NCBI RefSeq assembly: GCF_001194135.2
Contig: NC_068982.1
Span: 111,972,551 to 112,036,550, forward strand
Origin: Octopus bimaculoides
Taxonomy: Eukaryota
Reading direction: 5' to 3'
Length of the DNA stretch: 64,000 nucleotides
The notes beneath the pieces are model-generated. The model worked only from the letters and a program-made list of their open reading frames with translations. It made no database searches and was not told the DNA's origin. A program made the position numbers and the translations under genes. Positions 26,585 through 40,099 of the stretch are shown here, piece by piece. Position 1 is the first letter of the stretch; every line of letters begins with the position of its first letter.

Positions 26585-27207
26585 TCTATCGAGGTGGACA
26601 AAGTAAGAAGAGAGAGAGAGTGGGGGAGAGAGGCAGGGAGAGAGTCAAACAGATAGATTGAGAAACTGAGATTGAGAGATTTAAAAGTAAGTAGACGAAA
26701 ATTAAAATTCACTGAATCTGAAAGAAACAAACAAAAACAAATGAGATTTTTAGAAAGTGGGATGTGGCAAAACTTCAGTAAAGAAGAAGAGGAGAGGGGA
26801 GACCACCTTGACAAAAAAAAAATAATAAGCGAAGAAAGAGTAGAAGAAATGACTGCAGAAGAAGCAAAAGGAGAAAAAGGAAAAGAGATAAGAGGTGGAG
26901 GAGAAGGAGAAGTAGTAAAAGTAGCATAGTGGCAGTAGGAAAATAACTGGAAGAAATGGAAAACTATAAGAAGGGGAAAAGGAGAAAAGGAAAGAGTGAG
27001 AAACAGGAGAAAGAAAAGAGAAATATTGATGAAAAGGTATGAACCTCTCCAAATAAAAGCAATAAAAAATATATGCAGAAAACGTATAAGAAATTCAAAA
27101 TGAGGCAATACTAAGACTTCCGGTATAACAGAGAGAAAGAGAGGGTGAAAGAGAGAGAGACTGAGGAAGCAGGAGAAACACATACATGGCAGAGAGGCAG
27201 AGAAAGA

Positions 27208-27250
<43 letters not shown>

Positions 27251-28010
27251 GGAGACAGAGGAAGACAGAGATGGGTGGGGAGATCAGAGTGAGGGAGATA
27301 GAGAAGGTGAGAGATTTAAAAAGAAGGTGAGATTAGAGAGGGAGTGAGTGGAAGCCGGGTTAAATTTGTAATATGAGAGAGGTGAAAGACTGCCATTGGA
27401 TATGGAGTTGAGGGAGAAAAGGGAAGAGTCGATATATATATAAGAAAGAAAAACAAAAGAATCTTAAATTAATAAAACAAAATTTGGGAATGAAGGGAGG
27501 TGAATGTGGAGCGAGAGATAAAGTTATGGAAAGATAGAAAGAGGTGAGAAAGAGAGATAGAGAGAGGGGGGAGAGAGAAGGGAGAGAGAGAGAGAGAGAG
27601 AAGGGAGAGAGAGAGAAGGGAGAGAGAGAGAAGGGAGAGAGAGAGAAGGGAGAGAAAGAGACGGGCAAAGATAAGTAAGATGGAATATGAGAAAGAAAAG
27701 AGGGCGTGAGAGTGTGAGAAACCAGGAGAGATAAGCTAAGAGAAATAGAGAGTAGAGAGAACGAGAGAGAGATAGAGAGATAGAGAGATAGAGAGATAGA
27801 GAGATAGAGAGAGAGAGATGAGAAAGAGGAGTGGGACAAAGTGAGAGAGATAGATAGATAGAGAGAAAGAGGGGGAGAGAACCGGTGATAGAGTGAAACA
27901 GAAAACCGCGTAAATTAATATATATATATATTTATAAACTTAGGTTGGTTTTTGTTTCTCTATCTCTCACTCACTTTCTCTATCTCTCTTTCTCTCTCTA
28001 TCTCTCTCTT

Positions 28011-28043
<33 letters not shown>

Positions 28044-28270
28044 CACACACACACAGAAACATGTTTATACATACACATACACGCATGTATAAAGAACGAA
28101 AAATAAAAAAGAAACCTAATATGCTAGTGAGAAGGAGAGAAAGATTTCAATAGCAAGAGAAAGAGAGAGATAGATAGAGAGAGAGACAGATTGAGTAAGA
28201 GAGAAAGGAAGAGAGATAGAAGGGGGAATAGGATAGGATGAGGGTAAAGGTAAGGGAGAAGAAAAATCAA
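26585..28270. repeat. Extended purine-rich (GA)n/(GATA)n low-complexity region
   Basis: Directly visible; includes repeated AAGGGAGAGAGAG units near 27575-27655. Confidence 0.85.
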
Positions 28271-28684
28271 CATTAAGGTGGCAGTCGAGAGATATAATAT
28301 CAGCTGACACCAAAAGCACAAAAAAAACGATAAATAAATAAAAAATAAAAACGGAAAAAAAGGAAAAAAAAAATCAAAGAAAACAACCGAAGTATGGTGA
28401 AAGAAAAGTCGCTTAGGATGTTACAAGGTGAAGTGAACAGCAGACCAGAAATGGTGCAGAAGATGGAGACGGTGTAGTGAGGTGTACATTTGAAACGGAA
28501 GTACATACGATCGTTAAACAAGCCTGCAATCAGCAACATTTTGTCTTCTACATTTTGACACATACTTTAAAGTATACCTGAAACTTCACTCAAATTACCC
28601 ATACACGAGCTAACGCTAATAGATGCCATGCGACGATTCCCACCAACATATACGCATACACACACATACACATACGCAGTCACA

Positions 28685-28716
<32 letters not shown>

Positions 28717-28844
28717 GAGTCACACACAGAGTCCATGTGCCTGTCTGTCGATCTGCCTGCTTGTCTATACATGTGTCTGTCTCTCTTTGTTCACACACAT
28801 GTTGGTATGTATGTATATGCATGCATATATGTATATATATATAT

Positions 28845-29186
28845 ACTCTTTTACTCTTTTACTTGTTTCAGTCTTTTGACTGTGGCCATGCTGGAGCACC
28901 GCCTTTAGTCGAGCAAATCGACCCCAGGACTTATTCTTTGGAAGCCTAGTACTTATTCTTTCGGTCTCTTTTGCCGAACCGCTAAGTTACGGGGACATAA
29001 ACACACCAGCATCGGTTTTCAAGCGATGTTGGGGGGACAAACACAGACATACAAATACATACACACATACATATATATATATACATATATACGACAGGCT
29101 TCTTTCAGTTTCCGTCTACCAAATCCACTCACAAGGCATTGGTCGGCCCGAGGCTATAGTAGAAGACACTTGCCCAAGATGCCACG
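28845..29186 (-). mobile_element. SINE with (AAAAGAGT)n-type 3' tail; head lost in the gap
   Basis: ctcttttactcttttacttgtttcagtc..tgactgtggccatgctggagcaccgcc is nearly identical to 49932-50039 and related to 54730-54810, so the family is multi-copy within the window. Confidence 0.85.
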
Positions 29187-29477
29187 NNNNNNNNNNCGCA
29201 TGCGCACACATATACACGACATATTATTTCCGTTCTGTGCAGCCATTCGATCCTGAGACAGTTTCAGTAAAATATCCGTTATTCTCTAAGAAGTGTCTAA
29301 GAAAGCTGCTTGGTAAATTCGTCTTCGTTTCTGGAGAAAGGGAGACAACCGTTTCGAAGGGTAACGTAACAGATTCCGAAAAGAAGGGAGTGAGAGAAGG
29401 AGAGGCACACACATAGGGAAAGGAAGCGGGAGGTACACACATAAGGAAAAAGAAAGAGAGGGATATATATATATATA

Positions 29478-30394
29478 NNNNNNNNNNNNNNNNNNNNNNN
29501 NNNNNNNNNNNNNNNNNNNNNNNNNNNNNNNNNNNNNNNNNNNNNNNNNNNNNNNNNNNNNNNNNNNNNNNNNNNNNNNNNNNNNNNNNNNNNNNNNNNN
29601 NNNNNNNNNNNNNNNNNNNNNNNNNNNNNNNNNNNNNNNNNNNNNNNNNNNNNNNNNNNNNNNNNNNNNNNNNNNNNNNNNNNNNNNNNNNNNNNNNNNN
29701 NNNNNNNNNNNNNNNNNNNNNNNNNNNNNNNNNNNNNNNNNNNNNNNNNNNNNNNNNNNNNNNNNNNNNNNNNNNNNNNNNNNNNNNNNNNNNNNNNNNN
29801 NNNNNNNNNNNNNNNNNNNNNNNNNNNNNNNNNNNNNNNNNNNNNNNNNNNNNNNNNNNNNNNNNNNNNNNNNNNNNNNNNNNNNNNNNNNNNNNNNNNN
29901 NNNNNNNNNNNNNNNNNNNNNNNNNNNNNNNNNNNNNNNNNNNNNNNNNNNNNNNNNNNNNNNNNNNNNNNNNNNNNNNNNNNNNNNNNNNNNNNNNNNN
30001 NNNNNNNNNNNNNNNNNNNNNNNNNNNNNNNNNNNNNNNNNNNNNNNNNNNNNNNNNNNNNNNNNNNNNNNNNNNNNNNNNNNNNNNNNNNNNNNNNNNN
30101 NNNNNNNNNNNNNNNNNNNNNNNNNNNNNNNNNNNNNNNNNNNNNNNNNNNNNNNNNNNNNNNNNNNNNNNNNNNNNNNNNNNNNNNNNNNNNNNNNNNN
30201 NNNNNNNNNNNNNNNNNNNNNNNNNNNNNNNNNNNNNNNNNNNNNNNNNNNNNNNNNNNNNNNNNNNNNNNNNNNNNNNNNNNNNNNNNNNNNNNNNNNN
30301 NNNNNNNNNNNNNNNNNNNNNNNNNNNNNNNNNNNNNNNNNNNNNNNNNNNNNNNNNNNNNNNNNNNNNNNNNNNNNNNNNNNNNNNNNNNNNN
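29478..30394. other. Assembly gap (largest in window); other large gaps at about 15811-16067, 21565-22115, 26242-26569, 32475-32874, 40874-41116, 50040-50922 and 51801-52113
   Basis: Runs of N, mostly flanked by (TA)n or (CA)n arrays. Confidence 0.99.
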
Positions 30395-30468
30395 TATAAT
30401 AAACCATATAAATGTGTATACGTATGTATGTATGTTTGCATGTATGTATGTATGTATGTATGTATGTA

Positions 30469-30500
<32 letters not shown>

Positions 30501-30531
30501 AATATGTATATATATATGTATGTATGTATCA

Positions 30532-30562
<31 letters not shown>

Positions 30563-31194
30563 TGTATGTATATATATGTATGTAGTACTCCATCCATTGA
30601 GAGATAAATGCCTAAATGCTATCTTAATATACACAATTTACAATAAAGCTACTAATAGTTTCATGCTTTAGAGATACAATAATTTGGCAGATTTCCAACA
30701 CACTTCTTAATTCCAGATCCGAATGTTTTTGAAAATGCAAGCACACGGTCAAGTTTCTGTTATCAAACTGGAGAACACCACTTGCTCCGGATTGAGTAGC
30801 TATCTCAGACTCTGGATTCCTCCCCGTTAAATCATTATACAGCAGCTAGATTAATTATAACTTCAACATACAAAGGGGACGAAAGTCTTCGTCTTCTTAC
30901 TTTTCTATTCTTTCTTCTTGTTCTACTTTTTGCATCAACCTTCATCGCGTATTTTTTCTCATTTTTTATCATGCGTTTACATAGACCAACGTCATGGTTT
31001 TAGATACGTTCTAAAAATATGCACTGATATTGAAAGATTGCTTAGAAATACAAGGTATAATATATAAATCCGCTAAATTATTTTATCTATGAAGTATGAA
31101 ATTATCACTAACTCTTTTGTAAATTGTGTACGTTAAATGACATATATCTAAATGATATATACATACATTCGCGTATGCATACATACACACATGC

Positions 31195-31342
<148 letters not shown>

Positions 31343-31695
31343 TAAGAAGATATATTTATTCACAGATATTTACCTTACATGTTATATACACCTTCTATAT
31401 AGCTCCTCCTTCCTTTATTTCACGTTTACAAATTACTACTTAACTTTATATATTAAAAATCCAATAAATTTACAGCTATTTATGGTCGTTTTCAACCGAT
31501 GTTTTATTTCTGTGTATTTTTTTTTAAAACCAAAATTTCATTTCTAATTTTTCAAATACGAATATTATTCCTCTAAAAATCAATAAAATTACTGAAATGA
31601 AGATTAGTAATAAAAACACGAACAAGAACAATGTGACATTGACTACAGCAACAATAACGGTAACAACAACAAAAACAACAATAACATCAACAACT

Positions 31696-31710
31696 ATAAT
31701 AATAATAATA

Positions 31711-31791
<81 letters not shown>
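31696..31791. repeat. (TAA)n microsatellite
   Basis: Directly visible; explains the poly-Ile ORFs. Confidence 0.95.
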
Positions 31792-31793
<2 letters not shown>

Positions 31794-32874
31794 CATCATC
31801 TGTAACGCAATCAAACCTCTAAGGATAGCATCGAATACACTGAAAGCAATCATTCTTGAAGACATCGTCTTGGAATCCAATTCTCTACATCAAATATATT
31901 TGTGACATTACTTTCATCGCCGTAATTATAGCAANNNNNNNNNNATATATATATGTATATATATATATATGCACCTGTGGTTAACAAACGCAATCGTTCA
32001 TTCGCTTATTGTTGTGTGTTTTTACTATGTCAAATAAATGTTCAATGGATAAGCGTAAACATAAAGGTGCACTTGTATATCCATTATAAACTGAAAGACA
32101 TAACGTACTGAAGAGCACATTGTACTGAAAAGCATAATCAAGTGTAATTCATGTTAGAATGCGATGAAGAGTGTTTTATCCTAAATTGTGTAAAGATAAA
32201 GAATATTGAAATAAAATTATAGAAAGGATATTGAGTATCTTATTGAAAACTTCAATAGATGTGTTTTGTATTAAATGCGTGTATGTCTGTATATAGAAAA
32301 GTATGTAGATATATTTGCGTGTCTATTTGTTTGTATGTATATTTTATTTTCGGAGGTATGTACGTACGAACGTGTGCATGAACGCATGTGTACATGTATT
32401 TATGTAGTTTTATATATATATATGAACGTGTGTATGTGTACATATACCTATATATATATATATATATATATATANNNNNNNNNNNNNNNNNNNNNNNNNN
32501 NNNNNNNNNNNNNNNNNNNNNNNNNNNNNNNNNNNNNNNNNNNNNNNNNNNNNNNNNNNNNNNNNNNNNNNNNNNNNNNNNNNNNNNNNNNNNNNNNNNN
32601 NNNNNNNNNNNNNNNNNNNNNNNNNNNNNNNNNNNNNNNNNNNNNNNNNNNNNNNNNNNNNNNNNNNNNNNNNNNNNNNNNNNNNNNNNNNNNNNNNNNN
32701 NNNNNNNNNNNNNNNNNNNNNNNNNNNNNNNNNNNNNNNNNNNNNNNNNNNNNNNNNNNNNNNNNNNNNNNNNNNNNNNNNNNNNNNNNNNNNNNNNNNN
32801 NNNNNNNNNNNNNNNNNNNNNNNNNNNNNNNNNNNNNNNNNNNNNNNNNNNNNNNNNNNNNNNNNNNNNNNNNN

Positions 32875-32910
<36 letters not shown>

Positions 32911-33137
32911 TACATAAATGCATATAACAGACACAGAAACGTGCATATGTGGGTGTTGCTTCTTTTAGCCTCAGCGTTTAGGCCATTATTCTGACGCTGT
33001 GTTGTTTAAATATAGATTTTAAAACTGCTTGTACCTCTCCAAAAGAAAAAAAAGAAATTGGTTGTTATTTTTTGCATGTCAAGCAAGTATAAAGGTTCTT
33101 TTCAGCTGGAAATACCAATGGCGGATGGACATGGTGC

Positions 33138-33344
33138 CCCACTGGTATTTTCATCATAGCTGTGTCTATCACAAACAGTTTTGTCGACGATCTGTTCGAA
33201 AGAATAGCTTCTGAATTTAACCGTTTGGCTCACTGTTGCAAACAATCGACCCTGAATAGCCCTGAGCTACAGACTCTTGTTCTTCTTCTCCTGTCTAGTG
33301 AATTGACCAAACACGCTATCTTGTTGAGAATGCGTACTTCTTAG
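33138..33344 (+). pseudogene. H2B: Degenerate histone H2B copy
   Basis: Frame from 33138 gives [60 protein letters not shown]. It aligns without internal gaps to canonical H2B ([59 protein letters not shown]) at over half identity. In-frame TAA upstream at 33090 after a KQV remnant; C-terminus diverged; no histone 3' stem-loop seen. Confidence 0.85.
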
Positions 33345-34399
33345 TAGAGTATTTATTATTTATACGTAAGTATTCAATGAGATTCTGTTGATGTACAATG
33401 AGATAGAAAGGGAGGGAGACAAAGACTTAGAGTGCGTGAGAGAAAGGGTAAGAGAAAGAGACAGAATTGTACAGTTAATACCCAGAACTGAAATAGTCAT
33501 CGTTGCAATGATGAAACCCGAATGTTTTTCAATCGAATAGTAATACATTTATAGCTAACATCTGTATCATTAAACTTACGAAACAGTTGTAAATTAGTAT
33601 TTTTTTCACATATAAATTAGAATGATGTAGTGTGAAAGAAAATGTATAAAAAAATAAACAATTATATTAGCTTACTGAATAATTTTCTGGCGAGTTAATT
33701 CGTTTCAAAAATCAAACATACAAATAAACAAGTTTCTTGTGTTTTTTTATCTCCGATGGCTAGTTGCTGAATTATTTCTTTCCTTTCCAGCCCCACAAAC
33801 CCGTAATCATAAGCGATACCAAGTAATAGAATGAGTAGTTATATAAGTTATTCCAAATAATTACAAGTTAAAAGAAGTTATATTGTTCTTTCTCCAAATG
33901 TAACTTATAAAAACTCTTGTTTTAGATACTAGCAATAATACTTTACATTTCCTGAGCTTATAGGGAATATCAGAAAATGTCACAAGCTTATGACTATCTC
34001 CTAGAAAAGATTAGCCCTTTATAAATTTCCAGCTATCTGGGTGAAAACCCTGTGGTTTACAACTTGGGACAAACAAACATTCACTTTATATATTAAAATT
34101 TATAAAGTAAGTGAAACATTGATTATAATGTCTGTGGACAAATAATAGAGATATATTAAAAAAAATATAGAATTATTGGGTAAAGAGAATTTATAGTGAG
34201 AAATGAAAATGTAATAATGCATCAGCTTACTCTTATTACTAATGAAAACTTTTAATAAATAACATTCAGCATTTTGTATAAAATATATGTATAAAATTAT
34301 ACATGTGTCTATATTCTCCAAATTACACACTTGATTAACACGATTATAAATGTTAAGTCTAGCAATTCATTATTCATGGTCATTGAGATGTTTTATTTG

Positions 34400-34570
34400 C
34401 AAGGTTTAGGGCTGTGAGATGCCACTTTGCAGCAAACACAATTCATGTTCAGCTCAGAGGACGGAAGCAACATGAAAAAATGTGCTTTCCCCAAGGAAAC
34501 ATCGTACGACCACTCGGGAAATCGAATCCACGATTCCACGGTCGTGTGTCCTATAGCCCAGTCATTGACC
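34400..34570 (-). mobile_element. Decayed tRNA-derived SINE fragment
   Basis: Contains gggaaatcgaatccacga (reverse B box) and the gaagcaacatgaaa..tgtgctttcccaagga body, similar to 40700-40830. Confidence 0.5.
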
Positions 34571-35924
34571 ACATATATTCACATGCATAGCAATATGTGT
34601 TTAAAAAAAAAGAGAAGATGCAACTGCATTATATTCGAAAATTTTTCGTCAATTGATGACATATATTTAAGGAAGTTTAAAATTTAGTATTTAGATCTCA
34701 TTGATAACCTGATTGCGTACTGTCATTGTTGTTGTTCGTATTATTATTTTGTTTATATTCGGATCAGGGATCCATAATCGTGCAAGCTATAATCAAAGGG
34801 TTTTACCCGCGACCATGCCGCCTTTTATTCAGACATAGTTTATGCTGGAACACATTATTCATTGTATTCTTTGTTTTGTAATTCAATTTGTAAGAGATGT
34901 GGCAGTTATTTTCTCTTGACGACTAAAAAGAGTGTCTTTCTTTGGCTTATACCCGGCATGCTTTTCTATTGTTTTCCCTTCAATAATATTTAACCACTCT
35001 TCTTCGGGTCATCCACCATTATAGATACTATGCTTCACTATCACTGGTGATCTCTTCTAGTGACAGCATATCGTTGATAGGAAAAACAAATGTTATACCA
35101 CAAAAATGACCTTTCACTTCGGGAAGAATAATTAATTCCACCCACAACAACTACTCTTCTACTACAAGTGAGAGAAGCGAGGAAATGCTACTCCAACTGA
35201 GACAGTACTGGTGCTACACATACAATATCCTATATTAATAAAAAGGCCACAAGAATGAGTTGCGCAGCAATTTGCTGCCTCCACACTCGGTCTTTTCTGC
35301 CGTTATGCATAGCCTGCTCTGCAAATTGGCTAGTAACGGTTCACATCTTCACTACTTCTGATCACTACTTTCCTTCATTCATCGTCCATATTATGTCAAT
35401 TCTTAGGGCTCGAACTAACCACTTAAAATAATCCTTTCTCCCTAGAATGTTACAAAAAAAAACTAATGAAAAAAACATTGCTATACCCTAAACTACTTTA
35501 AGCTTTATTTGGAAATCATAAAGCAATGTGATATTTGGTATCTATAGAAGACTTATTTTAACTAACTGACATTATTACCCTTATCAGAGGCCTATAATGA
35601 AAGATGTTCTAAAGAGGATCTCTTTACAGACAACATGTTAAAAACTGCATTATCCAACGTCCTTCATTTCATAAGACAATATAGTATGATTCGGAAGAAA
35701 TTTAGTTGCTATTTTAGCAGCTAGAATGACCATGTTGAAGCTTAGCTGTTAGTGTGATATTTAACTAGTATTGAGGACATGTTGCCGTTGAGAAACTCAT
35801 AAATATCTAAGGCTTATTCACTAAATATGAAGAATTTCCGAAATCTAAAATTGTAGGAGTATTAATTCGAATTCAAAAATTATCCCGTATGATTTGTTTT
35901 AATATAATAGATAAAGAATATAAG

Positions 35925-35926
<2 letters not shown>

Positions 35927-36018
<92 letters not shown>
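35927..36018. repeat. (CA)n microsatellite
   Basis: Directly visible; similar arrays at 39296-39362 and 45347-45420. Confidence 0.95.
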
Positions 36019-36023
<5 letters not shown>

Positions 36024-37272
36024 ACACATCTTATTCTTATATTAGAATTATGAGAATTGAGTGTATCTTTCAAAATATCTATAAACTAGCGTTTACCTTT
36101 CCTAATGGAAACTTCCATAGCTTCAGATCAATTATTGATCATAGAACTAGAACGGATTCCAAGGTTTGATCTTGAGCTCTATGTATATACACCAAATGTA
36201 CCACATCGATCACCGTCTTAATTTTAGTATCACTAGCCTTGTCGAAAGAAACGTAAAGTTAAGAGATTTGATGCTAATTTAACTGTAAAATATGTACTAA
36301 TTATCAATTCGACAGCATTAGGGCGTCTACTTCAGATGTTTTTGGTAGGTCCCATTGACCTATAAATGAGATTACCTACATTCATTGCAATTTACCTCTG
36401 AAACTCGAAGTATCAAACACTGACACACATGAATAAATATCAATTAACCACGTAGACACATACACACACACATACGCGCGCACATGTACACACAGCACAT
36501 ACACTGGACTTACACTGAGCATACAACGCAAAAACAAAGCCTTTCTAATTAAACCGACACATACACACGTGTACACTCACACACAAACACGAACATACAC
36601 ATTCACACCATTCAAAAACAATGAAAGACTAACAAAACCTTAGAGAGTTTAGTTTACGGCACAACAAGTAAATGAGGGCACGTCAGCAATAAGGGCGCAG
36701 GTTACGGAAAGTAAAGGAATGACTCTCAAGACTAAGAAATTGATTAATAAAATGATCGAACACGCAACTGATTCGTTAACTAGTTGACTGTGGTCAACAA
36801 GAGGATATAATAGAAGATATTTTCCCAAGTTGGGTAAAGTGGGATCGAACCTAGAGATGTGAACTTCCTAACCACACAGCTTTGCTTATATCCAAGATAA
36901 GAGTAACTTAACTTTTAATTACTACTGGATTAGAATTAAACTCTTACACTACTCCACTCGAAGGTAGCGAACTGAATTTTTACATTGCAGGCCATTAAAG
37001 CAGTGACCGAGTTTACTGTGCTTCCATTATTTATAGCGGTGAACTAAACAACCCTGGCATAAATACTTACTGCAGTAATCTCAAAGTTCAAGGATTAAAT
37101 ATTTCGATACTGGCGACATTGTGTAGCCTTGCTTACACGAAATTGAATCCCCAACCACACGATTAGTTGTCCAATAACTTAGCTATTCCAGTTGAATAAA
37201 CACTACAGCAACTGAGAAGTCTAGGGACCTGCAAAATTCAAGGGCATTTGACAACCACTTTTGACAAGCCAA

Positions 37273-38683
37273 CGCTGAACCGCAAAAGAAACGCGATTTC
37301 TTCAAATGTCATTTTTATATGGTAAATTCTGAAAATTTATTTCGGGTATGTAAGTGCAAATATTCCAAGACATGCTGTTTTATGGCTAAGATCTATATTG
37401 CAAGTAACCTTTCAACTTTCCCTGAAACGAGACGCCAAAACGCAGCTGCGTTGAATGCCGTGGGTGGCAGTCGCGAACAATTGTCATGAAAACCGAAATT
37501 CGCGTGCATCTCGTGGAGGTCATGGGTGAAAAATCAACTTGAACCACGTTCCTGGCATTCGTAATTTGGACGCATCGAATATGACTCGATTGTCAGCAGC
37601 GCAGAGAGAACAAGCTATCGGTCGATTGCAAGCAAGGCAGCGTTCCCTGGTTGTTGCGAAAGCTTACATTATCCATGTCAGCACCATCAATCGCCTGCAA
37701 AAGTGATACAACACTAACAGCACTGCAGACCTTGCTCGCAGGGGGTACCTCCGGGTGACCACGCCCAGGTAAAGACAACGTCATCCACCTGCAACACCTC
37801 TGTGAGCGATTGGGACCGGCCAGCGTGACAGCTCGCGAGACCATTGGCACTGGACAGCGACCCATCAACGACGACACGGTACGACGTCGACTGGCCACCA
37901 ACAACTTGCGTTGACGTCGTCCTGCTCGAGGGCCTCTCCTCACCTCTCACCACCGTCAGGTACGTCTACAGTGGGCTACACAGCACCGACATTGGCGGTA
38001 TCAATAATGGAAGCCGATAGACCTCTCTAACTTGAGCCGGTACTACGTTTCCACCTCGGATAGCAGAGTGAGGGTGAATACTACAGAAACACATGTGTCA
38101 CATGCATCATGGTTTGGGGTGCTATATGCCTGAATCCTAAGACCTCACATCGTACCCTTCTTAGCGCGTCCCCATAGCCACGTGTTCCAGCAGGACAATG
38201 CTCCCTCCCACACGACCAGGGTCACCATGGACTTCCTGCGTCAGCACAACATCAGAAACATGCCGTGGCTGGCTGTCAGCCCTAATTGAACACCTGTGGG
38301 ATGAAATCCAGCGACGGCTGAACCAGGTGGTCCCAAGGCCGAAAACTCGTATGGAACTGGGGGCAGCTTTTTTCAGGGTGTGAGCACAGGTACCAATGGG
38401 TTTTGTGAACCACCTCATGCACTCAATGTACCGAGAGTGTATGGTCGCTTTGAACAATACCGTGTATGTAGGGCATACACGGTATTGAACATGTCACGCC
38501 CTAAAACTTCGATGTGCTGGATCCGCCCACTGCCAGAACACATGACAACGACCCCATAGACTGAGGTCAAAGTGCATTCAAGAAATTGACTTTATCAGAT
38601 TTATCAAAATTTATCTCTGACATAATGAAATTAAAGCATATTTCACAGTCATACACGTCTCGTGTTTATTTTGCAGTTCAGTG
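37273..38683 (+). mobile_element. Tc1-family DNA transposon, ~1.4 kb, with imperfect TIRs
   Basis: Left end (AA)CGCTGAACCGCAAAAGAAACGCGA at 37271-37296 matches the reverse complement of the right end TCGTGTTTATTTTGCAGTTCAGTG(TA) at 38660-38685. TA is retained at the right flank; internal decayed transposase. Confidence 0.9.
37581..38488 (+). pseudogene. Tc1 transposase pseudogene (DD34E-type)
   Basis: MTRLSAAQREQAIGRLQA.. (HTH region), DTVRRRLA..RRPARGPLLTSHHRQVRLQWA, IMVWGAI, HVFQQDNAPSHT, PW...SP[deletion]IEHLWDEIQRR, and terminal GHTRY*. Multiple stops, frameshifts and deletions; D-to-E spacing is 34 if the missing DLNP codons are restored. Confidence 0.92.
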
Positions 38684-39294
38684 TAGAAGTAAAACAACCC
38701 GCTATCCCTTCCTCAGTGGTGGCTGCCACATTTCCCCTAAAGTACTCATTATCACCTTAATAAAGAGATGTGTAAAAGTACACTATCGCTGAAAAGGAAA
38801 CGATAGTATGGTCATGAATTACGTACAATTGATCATAAGTTTGTTCCATCAGAGCAAAGTTGGAGATAAACAACCAAAAAAAAAAAAAACAGCAAGAACA
38901 TTGATAACAACAACAATGACAGCATTCCACATCGGTTCACTATATTTTATCAAATTTTTTTTTTATTCTTGTCATTATCCAAATAAAGTTTCAAGTTCTA
39001 ATTTATTCAGACAGTTTTAGAGCCTTAAATAATGCTGTACATTTCTCTATGCGTACTACACTCTCTACTCTAGCTGCAGAATGTAGTGGCTTTTCTATTC
39101 TATTATGACTGCTTTAATGCTATTAACTATTGTGTTTCATCATAATCCTGTGATGTTTTAAAGTGCAGCTGGTCTGACATGAAATGAACTAGTTAGTTAT
39201 AATAATATACTATGATGACATTAAAAAAAGTCCTTAAAATACTCATGGCATAGGTCAAGACTTTTCTGTTGCATGATTATTATCGTTTGATGTA

Positions 39295-39369
<75 letters not shown>

Positions 39370-40099
39370 TACACACATGACCAAAAGAAAAAAAAACAGA
39401 AGAATATTATTTGAAGTAACAAGAATAAAATGATAACATCGGAAAGAGTTTAAGCCAAATTTCGGTATTATTTCTATCAACTTGCCTCGATATCGAAAGA
39501 TTCCAGTTAAATTCACAAGAATTTTAATGGTGTTTTATATAAATACAATCAAATTATACAGAAAAGTTCTACATTACCCTTATTTGCTCAGAAGAGAAGT
39601 GATACTTACCTAGAAAAGAAAGAAGAAAAAATCTGTTAGCAGAACAAATATATTATTAATATTTATAAATATTACATATTACTATTATAACAGAATAGGT
39701 GACACTTCATGAACATAAAATATAAAGCCACTGTAACGGTGAAGACAATATTTGACACATAATAAGAGTATTGTGTACAATAGATCTGCAAAATAAACAA
39801 AGCTGGTGATTATTGTATATACGGGATTTCGAATGACTAAAAAGATACATCACAATATAATAGTTTCAGTTGCAGCATAACATCAAATTAAATTTCTGAT
39901 CGAACAGGTACAACTATGAAATTATGACACGGATACATGCATAATAAACAAACACAAACACACGCTCATGAAAATGCATAGCATACACATACAGATAGGT
40001 GTAAAAAATATAAAAAGAAATAAATTACGGAAGACATGCCAAGGGAGATAAATATCAGTGATTGAATATCTGCACTACTAGAAGTTTCACGAACACAAT

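Noticed and set aside
28570-28595. Minus-strand TTGAGTGAAGTTTCAGGTATAC resembles miR-87
   Set aside because: Seed differs and no precursor hairpin can be formed with the flanks.
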